The notes under the pieces: generated by a model | What the model was told of the DNA's origin: nothing | The model's database searches: none | Seen by the model: the letters and a program-made list of their open reading frames with translations, nothing else | Translations under genes and position numbers: made by a program | Origin: a virus | Taxonomy: Duplodnaviria; Caudoviricetes | DNA: 64,000 bases | IMG/VR virus record: IMGVR_UViG_2908273394_000001 | Coordinates: 27,198 to 91,197 of that record | Direction: 5' to 3' (one strand) | Shown: positions 29,588-39,405 of the stretch, piece after piece | How positions within the stretch are numbered: the first letter of the stretch is position 1 | Layout: every line of letters begins with the position of its first letter

Positions 29588-30016
29588 GTGTCCAAGCCGA
29601 ACCGGAAGATCATCCGTCTGCAGCAGATGCGCGCCCAGATCGCGCAGGCCGCCGGCGTGAAGTGGGTCGACGTCGTCTTCGACGTCCCTGGCCAGCTGCC
29701 GGAGACCACCGAGGAACGCATTTGCTCCTTTCTCACCCAGGACTACTGGCCCGTCGACATCGTCCGCGCTGTCGAGCAGGACGGCGACGGCACCAACCTC
29801 GATGTCCTCAAGCGGGTCGCGTCCCCGCCCGAGGCGTTTGATGACCTCGTCACCGTGGCCCAGCTGACCGTGGGTGAGCTGAAGGCACTCATCGACGAGC
29901 TCGACCAGGAGGCGGGCACCGAGCCGGGGGAAGACTCTGGCTCCTCCAGCTCCTCCACGAGCACTCCGGAGCCCTCCGCGCCGACCTACAGCGCTACTAC
30001 CCAGGACGCCGCCTAG
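29588..30016 (+). CDS. Tail assembly chaperone (G)
   Basis: Between major tail and tape measure; slippery site near 3' end. Confidence 0.8.
   Translation: MSKPNRKIIRLQQMRAQIAQAAGVKWVDVVFDVPGQLPETTEERICSFLTQDYWPVDIVRAVEQDGDGTNLDVLKRVASPPEAFDDLVTVAQLTVGELKALIDELDQEAGTEPGEDSGSSSSSTSTPEPSAPTYSATTQDAA
29926..29932 (+). other. Programmed -1 frameshift site G GGG GAA
   Basis: In-frame heptamer; the -1 frame is open (GRLWLLQLL..ADLQRYY..MSW). Confidence 0.8.
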
Positions 30017-30440
30017 CGGAGTTCTGGGCCATGTCCTGGGGGGAGGGGTCGATGACCTGGTCCGAGCTACGCGACCTGGTCACGGCCCTGCCCGAGGACT
30101 CCGCCACCAAGGCCGCCGCAGCAGGCGACCACACCGGCCACCGATGGTCCCAGGGCACCTACCTGCAGGCGACCGAGGTGAACCTGCTGCAACTCATCGC
30201 GACCACCCTGTGGCGGGCCCACCTCAAGGGCGACCCGCCCGAGATGACCCCGGTCGAACCGCCTCAGCTCGAAGCGGACGAGCGGCGCCTCGCGATCGAA
30301 GAGGCCCGCGCAGCCCGCAACAAGGCAGTGCTGGACCGGTACGCCCCCAGCGGGCACCGGCCGACGCCGTCCAGCGGCAGGCCGAGATCGACCACTGGAT
30401 GAACAAGCTCCGCGAACTCGAGAACGCACAGCAGCAGTAG
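29932..30440 (+). CDS. Tail assembly chaperone frameshift extension (T; probable 1-nt deletion near 30346)
   Basis: ADLQRYY..WSELRDLVTALPEDSA. Confidence 0.7.
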
Positions 30441-30455
30441 GAGGGGAGGGCAGCC

Positions 30456-33400
30456 ATGGCAGAAGCCAGCGTCGTCGGCTCCACCCGGGTCACACTCATC
30501 CCGGACGTGAGCCAGTTCGGCGACCGGCTCCGCGTCGAGCTGCCCTCCGCGATCCGCGAACCCGCACGCGCCGCCGGTGACCTCGCCGGCGACACCATCC
30601 GTAACGCGATCTCCAAGAAGCTCGCCAAGCCGATCGGTGTGCGGATCAAGACGGTCCTCGACGACAGGGCCACCAGCGCCGCCCTGCAGAAACTGACCAA
30701 GGACCGCACGGTCAAAATCACGGCCGAGCTCGACGACAAGGCCGCCACCGCCGGCCTGACCCGGCTCACCCGCGACCGCACGGTGAAAATCGTCGCCGAC
30801 GTCGACGACACCGCCGCCAAGACGAAACTCGGCGCCCTGTCCGGTCAGCAGACCGTCCACATCCTCCCCAAGATCCAGCAGGCGGCGTACCTCACCGCGC
30901 AGCGGCAGCTCGACCGCCTCACCGCGGACCGCGTCGTCAGCATCCGCGCGACGGTCGACACCCGCGTCGCCGCCCAAGACATCCGCAACCTGATTCAGCG
31001 GCGCCACGTCCGAATCGGGGCCGACGTCGACACCCGCGTCGCCGCGAACGACCTCGCCAACCTCACACGGCGCCGCCAGGTCACGATCGCGGCCCGTGCC
31101 GACACGGCCGCCGCCGACACCGCCCTGCGGTTCCTCACCCGCGACCGCACCGTCAACGTCCGCGTCCGCAGCATCGGTCTCGCCGCCCTCACCGGCGGCC
31201 TGTCCACCCTCGGCAGCAGCGGCGGCGGGGGAGTGGGCCTCAGCCTGCTGTCCAAGCGGGTCCTCGCCCTCACCGCTGCCACGCTCGCCGCCCTGCCCAC
31301 CATCGCCTCCCTGGGCTCCGCCATCGCGCAACTCGGCCCGCTCGCCGCCACCGCCGCGCCCGCGATCACGACACTGGTCACCGCGTTCGCCGCCATCAAG
31401 GTCGGCACCAAGGGCGTCGGCGACGCCATCAAGGCCGCGTTCGAGCCCGCAGCGGGTGAAGCATCGAAGGCCGCGTCCGCGACCCGCGCGGTGGAGAACG
31501 CCCAACGCTCCCTCGCCCGCGCCCAGCGCTCCCTGCAGGACGCCCAGGTCCAGGCCGCTGAACGGGTCCGGCAGGCGCAGCGGCAGGTCGCCGACGCCGA
31601 ACGGGACCTGAGCTCCGCGCAGCGCGACGCCCGCCAGGCCCAGATGGACCTCAGCGCCGCCCGCCGCGAGGCCGCACGCGACCTGCAGGACATGAACAAC
31701 CGCCTCGCCGACGGACGCCTCTCCGAGCGGGAAGCGACCCTGTCGCTGCAGCAGGCCGAGGAAGACCTCACCCGGGTCCGCACCGACCCGGCCGCCACCC
31801 AGCTGCAGATCCAGCAGGCGGAACTGTCCCGCGACCGGGCCGTGCAGTCCCTGCAGACGCAGCGCGTCGAGCTGAGCCGCCTACAGAAGGACACCGCCGC
31901 CGCGACCAAGGCCGGCATCGACGGCAGCGCGGCCGTAGGCCGGGCCAAGCAGCAGATGGCCGCCGCCGAGCAGAACGTCGCAGACCGCCAGCGCGCGCTC
32001 GCCGAAGCACAGCTCGAGGTCACCAAGGCCCAAGTCGACGGGCAACGCCAGATAGCCGACGCGCACATGGCCGTGGCCGACGCGGTGCGCAGCGTCGCAG
32101 ACGCCCAGCAGGCCGCGGCCACGCAGACCAGCGCCCTGGACACGGCGATGGCGAAACTGTCCCCGAACGCGCGGGCTTTCGTCACCCAGCTCCAGGCCAT
32201 GGCCCCCGCCTGGCGGAGCATGCGCCTCGACGTCCAGGACAGCCTGTTCGCCGACCTCGGGACCCGCCTGGGGCAGGTCGGGGCGCAGATCCTGCCCACC
32301 GTCCGTCAGGGCCTGGTCGGCGCCGCGGGCGAGCTGAACGCGATGGGTAAAAACGCCCTGACCGCCGTGTCGAACCTGCAGAAGACCGGACAGCTCAAGA
32401 GCGTCTTCGACGGCGCCACCCAGTCACTGCGCAACCTCTCCCGCCTGCCCGGCCAGATGGTGACCGGCCTGGCGCAGTTGTCCATCGCCGCGCAGCCCGC
32501 GTTCAACCGGATGACGACCGGTCTGGCCGGCGCCATGGACCGCGTCATGGAGAAGCTGTCCGCGGGCCTCGCGGACGGCAGCCTCACCGAGACCATCAAC
32601 ACGGCCCTCGACGTCGCCATCGCGTTCGGGAAAGTCCTCGGGGACCTCGGCGGCATCATCGCCGGCATCTTCCGCGCCGCCGGAGCGGCCGGAGGGGACT
32701 TCTTCGGCACGATCGGTGTCGCCATCGCCGAACTGCGCCGCATCATCGAGCTGCCGGAGGTGCAGGCCACCCTCACGGAGATCTTCAAGGCCCTCAACGC
32801 GGTCGCGAAACTGTTCGTCGGGGTCCTGGGCGCAGCGCTTCAGGCGATCCTGCCGCTGCTGGCCGCGCTGTCCCCGGTCATCGTGCAGCTCGCCGAACAG
32901 CTCGGCCCGGTCTTCGCGGAGCTGTTCAGGCAGCTTGGTACCGCGCTGGGCCCGATCATCACCGCGCTGCTGCCGATCATCACCACCGTCGGCAGTGTCC
33001 TGACCGACCTCGTCACCACCCTGCTGCCGCTGCTGCAGCCCATCGGCGACCTGATCGCCGAGATCGTCACCGCGCTCGCCCCGGTGTTCACCGTCGTCGG
33101 GGAAATCCTCACCACCGTCCTCCAGGCGGCCGTGACCGGGCTGCGGCCGGTCATCCTGGCGCTGCTGCCGGCCGTGGGCCTGATCGGGCAGCTCCTCGCC
33201 GACCTCGCGCCGCTGTTCCCGCCGCTGCTGCAGGCCCTGATGCCGCTGTTCCCGCCGCTCACGCAGCTGACCCTGTCGCTGCTGAACCTGGCCGTGCAGA
33301 TCCTCATCCCGCTGATGCCGCTCATCGTCGGCCTGGCGACGCTCCTCACCGGCGTCCTGGCCAAGGCGATCGAACACCTGGTGCCCATCTTCACCACGGT

Positions 33401-36221
33401 CATCGGCTGGTTCACCACGTTCGTCGACGCCTGCACCGCGGCGGTGAAGTGGGTCGTCGAGAAGTTCATGTGGCTGTGGGACGTGCTGCTGGGGCATTCG
33501 ATCATCCCCGACATCGTCAACGGAACCGTCGAATGGTTCCGCCGGCTGTGGCGCTGGCTCGGCGACCTCGTCGCCAGGATTGTGGGCGGTGTCGTCGGCT
33601 GGTTCACCAACCTGAAGAACGACACCGTCCGGATCTGGGACGCACTGTGGGGCAAGGTCCGCTCCATCGCCTCCACCACCTGGGGCCTGGTCAAGGCCGG
33701 GTTCGACAAGTTCGCCACCAGCCTCAAGACCGCGTTCGGGCTGCTCCGCGACGGCATCGGGACCGTGTGGAGCGGGCTGAAGAAGCTCGTCTCCAGCCCC
33801 GTGAAATTCTTCGTGGAGACGGTGTACAACAAGGGCCTGGTCCAGGTCTGGAACGCCACCGCAGGCAAGATCCCCGGCCTCCCCGACATGAAGCCGATGC
33901 CGCTACCGAAGGGCTTCGCCCGCGGCGGCATCCTGCCCGGCTGGTCCACCTGGCGCGACGGCGACGACCAGCTCGTCCCCATGCGCCGCGGCGAAGGCGT
34001 CTACGTCTCCGAGGTGATGGCCGACCCCTACGAGCGCCAGCGCCTCTACGCGATGAACCAGGCCGCGATCCGCGGCCAGAACCCCGCCGTTGTCCGCGCC
34101 CAGTACGGGTTCGCCGAGGGCGGCATCATCGGCTCCCTGACCTCGATCGGGTCCGGGATCGCCGACAGTGTCGGCAGCGCCCTGAAGAAGGGTGCCGGCG
34201 CCGTACGCGGCGGGCTCGCCGACGTCGCCGAGCAGGCGTTCAAGCCCATCAAGTCCGGCATCAACAAGGCCCTCGGCAACAAGCGCGGCACCTGGCCCGG
34301 GATGGTCGCGGCCGCACCCCTGCACCTGATCGACCGGGCCATCGACTACATCCGCGGCAAAGACGTCCCCGAGTCCACCGGCCGCTGGCTCAAGCCCGTC
34401 AACGCCCCCTTCGGCACGAAGTTCGGAGTGAAGGGCCGCATGTGGTCCTCCGGCCGGCACACCGGCCTGGACTTCCCCGCCGCCACCGGCACGAAGATCC
34501 TCGCCGTCGACAACGGCACCGTGCAGCAAGCCACCTCAGGCGGACCCTACGGCCAGCACGTACTCCTCTCCCACGGCGGCGGCCTGCAGTCCCTGTACGC
34601 GCACATGTCGTCCATCGCCGCCCGCGTCGGCGCAGGCGTCAAGCAGGGCGCCCGGATCGGCGCCGTCGGAGCCACCGGCAACGTCACCGGCCCCCACCTC
34701 CACCTCGAAGCCCGCCTGAACGGCAAGAGCGTGGACCCGATGAGCTACCTCACCGGCCCCACCAGCGGCGGGGACGGCGGCAGCGGCGTGCAGCGCTGGC
34801 GCGGCGTCGTCCAGCAGGCCCTCGGCCAGGTCCACCAGTCCCTCGGCCTGGTCAACACCACCCTGCGCCGCATGAACCAGGAGTCCGGCGGCAACCCGCG
34901 CGCGGTCAACCTGTGGGACTCCAACGCCAAGGCCGGATACCCCTCGGTCGGCCTCATGCAGGTCATCCGCGACACCTTCCGCGCCCACGCCGGCCCGTAC
35001 CGCAACACCGGCCCCTTCATGTACGGCGTCTCCGTCGACCCGCTCGCCAACATCTACGCCTCCATGAAGTACGCGCTCGCCCGATACGGCTCCCTGTCGC
35101 GGGCTTATGACCGGCCCGGCGGATACGCCCGAGGCGGCCTGATCGGCGGCACCCGCATCCACCGCGGCCGCGGGTACGCCACCGGCGGCGTCATCACGAT
35201 CGGCGGCAAGAAGATCAGCACCGGTCCCATCGGCGCAGCGGTCGGCGCGGACTTCCTCAAGCAGCTCACCGGCACCGCCGCCCAGATCAAGGCGGCCATG
35301 GACAAGGTCGCCACCGCGATCAAGAACAGCTTCAAGGGCGTCTACACGACCCTCGACGAGAAGCTGCTCACCAAACTGAAGACCGCGAACACGCAGCTGC
35401 AGAACCTTGCGAAGTCGCGTGACCAGATCGCCGCGAAGATCGCCGCAGCGAACCAGCTCGCCGCGGACTCCACCGCACAGGCCGGCCAGTTCACGCAGAT
35501 GACGTCGCTGCCCACCGGCGGGAACACCTTCGACGCCGCAGGGATCCTGTCCGGTCTGAACGTCCGCCTCGGGCAGCTGAAGACGTTCGGGAAGAACCTG
35601 CAGACCCTCGCCGCACGGGGCCTGTCCAAGGCGCTGCTGCAGCAGATCATCGCCGCAGGACCCGACCAGGGCGCCGCGTACGCCAAGGCCCTCGTCGACG
35701 CGACCCCGGCGCAGCTGAAGCAGATCAACGCCACACAGGACGCCCTGGGCAAGGCCTCCGCCCAGTACGGGCAGGACGCAGCGGACGCCATGTACGACGC
35801 GGGCGCCCAGTCCGGCAAGGGCTACCTTGCCGGGCTGAAGGCCCAGGAGCAGTCCATCAACACGGCAATGTCGGCACTCGCGAAGAAGATCCAGAAGGCG
35901 ATCAAGGACGCTCTGAAAATCAAGTCCCCCTCCCGGGTGTTCGCCGAGATCGGCCGCTTCACCGTCGCCGGCTTCGCCCAGGGCATCCGCCAGGCCACCC
36001 CGGAAGCCGCCGCGTCCACCGCCCAGATGGCGGCCCTGGTCCGCGGCACGGCGGCCGCCACCATGTCCCGCATCGAGAACAACGCCTCCTCGTCGACCAC
36101 CGTCGGCGACCGGCACCTGCACTACAACGCCACCGTCCGCGAGCAGGCATCGCGCGCATCCATCCTCGCCGCCCTGTCCCTTGAGGACGCCCTGCACCGG
36201 CCCGTCGTCATGGGGGTCTGA
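30456..36221 (+). CDS. Tape measure protein with M23 peptidase and SLT lytic transglycosylase domains
   Basis: 1921 aa; HTGLDF..YAHM..GPHLHLE; ESGGNP..GLMQ. Confidence 0.95.
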   Translation: MAEASVVGSTRVTLIPDVSQFGDRLRVELPSAIREPARAAGDLAGDTIRNAISKKLAKPIGVRIKTVLDDRATSAALQKLTKDRTVKITAELDDKAATAGLTRLTRDRTVKIVADVDDTAAKTKLGALSGQQTVHILPKIQQAAYLTAQRQLDRLTADRVVSIRATVDTRVAAQDIRNLIQRRHVRIGADVDTRVAANDLANLTRRRQVTIAARADTAAADTALRFLTRDRTVNVRVRSIGLAALTGGLSTLGSSGGGGVGLSLLSKRVLALTAATLAALPTIASLGSAIAQLGPLAATAAPAITTLVTAFAAIKVGTKGVGDAIKAAFEPAAGEASKAASATRAVENAQRSLARAQRSLQDAQVQAAERVRQAQRQVADAERDLSSAQRDARQAQMDLSAARREAARDLQDMNNRLADGRLSEREATLSLQQAEEDLTRVRTDPAATQLQIQQAELSRDRAVQSLQTQRVELSRLQKDTAAATKAGIDGSAAVGRAKQQMAAAEQNVADRQRALAEAQLEVTKAQVDGQRQIADAHMAVADAVRSVADAQQAAATQTSALDTAMAKLSPNARAFVTQLQAMAPAWRSMRLDVQDSLFADLGTRLGQVGAQILPTVRQGLVGAAGELNAMGKNALTAVSNLQKTGQLKSVFDGATQSLRNLSRLPGQMVTGLAQLSIAAQPAFNRMTTGLAGAMDRVMEKLSAGLADGSLTETINTALDVAIAFGKVLGDLGGIIAGIFRAAGAAGGDFFGTIGVAIAELRRIIELPEVQATLTEIFKALNAVAKLFVGVLGAALQAILPLLAALSPVIVQLAEQLGPVFAELFRQLGTALGPIITALLPIITTVGSVLTDLVTTLLPLLQPIGDLIAEIVTALAPVFTVVGEILTTVLQAAVTGLRPVILALLPAVGLIGQLLADLAPLFPPLLQALMPLFPPLTQLTLSLLNLAVQILIPLMPLIVGLATLLTGVLAKAIEHLVPIFTTVIGWFTTFVDACTAAVKWVVEKFMWLWDVLLGHSIIPDIVNGTVEWFRRLWRWLGDLVARIVGGVVGWFTNLKNDTVRIWDALWGKVRSIASTTWGLVKAGFDKFATSLKTAFGLLRDGIGTVWSGLKKLVSSPVKFFVETVYNKGLVQVWNATAGKIPGLPDMKPMPLPKGFARGGILPGWSTWRDGDDQLVPMRRGEGVYVSEVMADPYERQRLYAMNQAAIRGQNPAVVRAQYGFAEGGIIGSLTSIGSGIADSVGSALKKGAGAVRGGLADVAEQAFKPIKSGINKALGNKRGTWPGMVAAAPLHLIDRAIDYIRGKDVPESTGRWLKPVNAPFGTKFGVKGRMWSSGRHTGLDFPAATGTKILAVDNGTVQQATSGGPYGQHVLLSHGGGLQSLYAHMSSIAARVGAGVKQGARIGAVGATGNVTGPHLHLEARLNGKSVDPMSYLTGPTSGGDGGSGVQRWRGVVQQALGQVHQSLGLVNTTLRRMNQESGGNPRAVNLWDSNAKAGYPSVGLMQVIRDTFRAHAGPYRNTGPFMYGVSVDPLANIYASMKYALARYGSLSRAYDRPGGYARGGLIGGTRIHRGRGYATGGVITIGGKKISTGPIGAAVGADFLKQLTGTAAQIKAAMDKVATAIKNSFKGVYTTLDEKLLTKLKTANTQLQNLAKSRDQIAAKIAAANQLAADSTAQAGQFTQMTSLPTGGNTFDAAGILSGLNVRLGQLKTFGKNLQTLAARGLSKALLQQIIAAGPDQGAAYAKALVDATPAQLKQINATQDALGKASAQYGQDAADAMYDAGAQSGKGYLAGLKAQEQSINTAMSALAKKIQKAIKDALKIKSPSRVFAEIGRFTVAGFAQGIRQATPEAAASTAQMAALVRGTAAATMSRIENNASSSTTVGDRHLHYNATVREQASRASILAALSLEDALHRPVVMGV

Positions 36222-36223
36222 CC

Positions 36224-37171
36224 GTGCCCATCCTCGTACCCCCCACCCTCACCGACCCCGAGCAGCCGACCATCCCGCTGGTGCCGTGGCCCACCCGCAT
36301 CAACGAGATGCCCACCATCTCGTTCACCGACCCAGCGGGCGCGGTGACGAACTTTTCCGACTGGGACAAGGGCTGGGTTCTGCAGCCCGGCGCCAAGGGC
36401 TTGGACATGCCCGTCTTCCAGTTCTCCCAGGACGAGTCCCCGGGCATCGACGGCTACGCCATCCGCCAGGTCCGCGCCACCGGCAAGGAGATCGCCCTGC
36501 CGATCGCGTTCTGGGCCGACGACTCCCGCGCCGCCTACCTCTCCCGCCGGCGGACCCTGATCCGCTCCCTCAACCCCAAGCGGGGGCTGGGCACGCTGAC
36601 CGTCACCCAGTCAGACGGCACCGCCCGCACCATCAGCGCCTGCTACAGCGCCGGTCTCGAGGGCGACGAGTCGAGGGACGCCGCCGGGGCCCGCTGGTGC
36701 ACGGGCGTCCTCACGTTCGCCTGCCCGAGCCCGTTCTGGCTGGGCGCCACCCTCACCACCGAGTGGCGCACCGAGGTCTCGAGCACGTTCTTTCCCCTGC
36801 TGCCGCTCGCCGTGGGCAACTCCCAGGTGTTGGGCGCGGCGACGGTCGACAACGACGGCGACGACGACGCCCACCCGGTGTGGACGATCACCGGCCCCGC
36901 TACCGCGGTGAGCCTCACCAACCTGACCACCGGCGAAGTCCTCGTCCTCACCCACACCCTCACCCTGGGCGACACCGTCGTCCTCGACACCCGCGAGCGG
37001 CAGCAGACCGCACTGAAGAACGGGGCCACGAACCTGTGGGGCGCCCTGTCCGACTCCTCCGCCATGTGGGCGCTGCAGCCCGGCATCAACGACCTGTCTC
37101 TGACCGTCACCGGCTCCACGTCCGCCACTCGCGTCCGCATGAGCTACCAGCCCCGCTACCTGGCCGCCTGA
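36224..37171 (+). CDS. Distal tail protein (Dit-like)
   Basis: After tape measure; CPSPFW, NDGD..PVWTITGP, LQPGIN. Confidence 0.8.
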   Translation: MPILVPPTLTDPEQPTIPLVPWPTRINEMPTISFTDPAGAVTNFSDWDKGWVLQPGAKGLDMPVFQFSQDESPGIDGYAIRQVRATGKEIALPIAFWADDSRAAYLSRRRTLIRSLNPKRGLGTLTVTQSDGTARTISACYSAGLEGDESRDAAGARWCTGVLTFACPSPFWLGATLTTEWRTEVSSTFFPLLPLAVGNSQVLGAATVDNDGDDDAHPVWTITGPATAVSLTNLTTGEVLVLTHTLTLGDTVVLDTRERQQTALKNGATNLWGALSDSSAMWALQPGINDLSLTVTGSTSATRVRMSYQPRYLAA

Positions 37172-37184
37172 AAGGAGGATCCCC

Positions 37185-38360
37185 ATGACCGACAACACGC
37201 TGCGCGTGTACGTCCGCGACAGCGCCCTGCAGCGGATCGGGCAGATCGACGACTACACCTCGCTGAATGTCCTGCCCCGCTACAACGCGGTCGGCGCGTT
37301 CACGCTGGAGATCTCCGCCGACGCCGCCAGCGCCATCCTCCTCGTCGAGGGCAACGGGCTGATCATCCGTACGGCCACCGGGGAGACCATCACCTCGGGC
37401 CCGATCCGGACCGTCGACTGGTCTCGGTCGGCCGGCGACGGCGGCTCGGGCAAGCTCACCGTCGGCGGCGTCGACGACACCAGCGTCCTGGGGCAGTACA
37501 CGTGCTGGCCCAGCCCGGCCGCGGCGATCGGCTCCCAGACGGCCTCCGTCTACAAGTTGACGGCCATCAACGCGGAGACCGCCATGCGGCAGCTCGTCGA
37601 CGTCAATGCCGGGCCGAGCGCTCTGGCCGCCCGGAAGAACCCGCTGCTGACCCTTGCCCCGGACACCGCCGCAGGACCGGCCGTCACCCGCGAGGTCAAT
37701 CAGTTCGACAACCTCCTGACGGTCCTCGCCGATATCGCCAACGCCGCCGGTCTCGGGTTCCGTGTTGTCCAGGTCGGCGCCGCCCTGCAGTTCCAGGTGT
37801 ACGAGCCCACCGACCGTTCCGACACCGCCCGGTTCGCGTTCCGGCTCGGGAACCTCACCGGCGTCTCCTACACCACCACGCCCCCCACCTGCACCCGCGC
37901 CATCGTCGTCGCCGGCGGCGGCAGCTCCCCACGCGTGTGCGCGACCTACGACCGCACCGACCCGCTGTTCCCCGGACTGGTCCTCGAGCAGTTCGTCGAC
38001 CTCACCAGCGTGGACACCGCGAGCGTCGACCTGGCCGCACAGATGACCCAGGCCGGCGCCGAAGCCCTCGCCTCCGGCGCCGGGCAAGGGTCGCTGTCCC
38101 TGTCGCCCATCGACATTCCGCAGCTGCGCTACGGCCGCGACTACCAGGTCGGGGACACCGTCGCCGCTGACGTGCGCGGCTCCTGGTACACGGACGTCGT
38201 CCGCGAGGTCACCCTCACCTGCACCGCAGCAGAGGGGACGAAGGTCACCGCCACGGTCGGCGGCGACTCCACTGGCACCAGCACCGTCGCCCGGCTCTAC
38301 GCCTACATCGCCCAGGTCAAGAAGGACATCGGGCGCCTGAAAACCCGAAAGGCGGCCTGA
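37185..38360 (+). CDS. Baseplate hub/minor tail protein (ReqiPepy6 gp37-like)
   Basis: RYNAVGAF..YGRDYQVGDTV. Confidence 0.8.
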   Translation: MTDNTLRVYVRDSALQRIGQIDDYTSLNVLPRYNAVGAFTLEISADAASAILLVEGNGLIIRTATGETITSGPIRTVDWSRSAGDGGSGKLTVGGVDDTSVLGQYTCWPSPAAAIGSQTASVYKLTAINAETAMRQLVDVNAGPSALAARKNPLLTLAPDTAAGPAVTREVNQFDNLLTVLADIANAAGLGFRVVQVGAALQFQVYEPTDRSDTARFAFRLGNLTGVSYTTTPPTCTRAIVVAGGGSSPRVCATYDRTDPLFPGLVLEQFVDLTSVDTASVDLAAQMTQAGAEALASGAGQGSLSLSPIDIPQLRYGRDYQVGDTVAADVRGSWYTDVVREVTLTCTAAEGTKVTATVGGDSTGTSTVARLYAYIAQVKKDIGRLKTRKAA

Positions 38361-38363
38361 CCC

Positions 38364-39365
38364 ATGGCTGAGTTCTCCGCCCCGTTCGACGGGAGCCCCG
38401 TCGCTACCGAGCTCCAGTGGTCCCGCATGGCGCGCCGCTGGGGAGGCGACGGCGTCCACGCCACCGACCAGACCGCGACAGCGCTGAAGGTCACCGCCTC
38501 CGGCACCACGACCGTCGCCGTCGCGCCCGGGCGGGCGTTCGTCAACGGGTTCTACTACGACCTGGACGCCACCAAAAACCTGAGCGTGACCGCCAACGCC
38601 GGAGGCGCCGCGCGCCTCGACCTCGTCGTCCTGCGCGCCGACCAGACCGCGAACAGTGTCACCGCCCAGTACAAGACCGGCGGAGCGACACCGCCTCCGC
38701 TCACCCAGGACGAGGCCGGGGTGTGGGAGATCCCCCTGGCCCAGTGCACCGTCGCCGCGGGCTCCAGCGTCGTCACCGCCGCCAACGTGGCCGACCGCCG
38801 CTACCTGTCCACCCTCAGCGTCATCCCCTCCATCCCCGGCAGCCGCCCGCCCAGCCTCAAGCACGCCCTCCTCGCCGAGGAGAACAAGCTGTACATGGGC
38901 GACGGCGCCGGCTGGAAGTTCCTCGCCGCAGCCGGCGTCGAGGACGCCGAGTACACCCCGCAGTGGACCGCCGGAAGCACCGTCATCAACTGGGGTGCGA
39001 GCGCCATCAACTACGGCCGCTACCAGGCCGTCGGCAAGCGGGTCTCCGTGACGATCCAGCTCTCCCCGGCCGCGAACCCGCCGCAGTACAACGACGCCAT
39101 CACCGTCAGCCTCCCGCCCGGCCTGCCCGCCGTGAACTCCCACCGGTCCCTGTTCAGCTGGCAGTTCCTGTCCGGCAACGGTGAAGGCTCCGCCGTCGGC
39201 GTCGGCATGGTCCTGCCCGCCGACTCCCAGACCCGGATCGGCGCGCTGCGCTACGGCACCTCGAGCGGCTCCGTCCCCAACGCCTTCAGCCTCTTCACTA
39301 ACTCCCCCTTCGACATCCGTACGGGCGACCTCCTGACCATCGACGGCTCCTACTGGACCGTCTGA
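38364..39365 (+). CDS. Minor tail protein
   Basis: VAPGRAFVNG..RLDLVVLR..WEIPLA. Confidence 0.8.
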   Translation: MAEFSAPFDGSPVATELQWSRMARRWGGDGVHATDQTATALKVTASGTTTVAVAPGRAFVNGFYYDLDATKNLSVTANAGGAARLDLVVLRADQTANSVTAQYKTGGATPPPLTQDEAGVWEIPLAQCTVAAGSSVVTAANVADRRYLSTLSVIPSIPGSRPPSLKHALLAEENKLYMGDGAGWKFLAAAGVEDAEYTPQWTAGSTVINWGASAINYGRYQAVGKRVSVTIQLSPAANPPQYNDAITVSLPPGLPAVNSHRSLFSWQFLSGNGEGSAVGVGMVLPADSQTRIGALRYGTSSGSVPNAFSLFTNSPFDIRTGDLLTIDGSYWTV

Positions 39366-39405
39366 CGGCCCCGCCCAGGCCCGACCACCACGCAAGGAGA
39401 CACCC

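Noticed and set aside
37107-39395. Long antisense and alternative-frame ORFs (this 762-aa ORF and many like it)
   Set aside because: Shadow ORFs from high GC opposite well-supported genes; R/G/P-rich with no motifs
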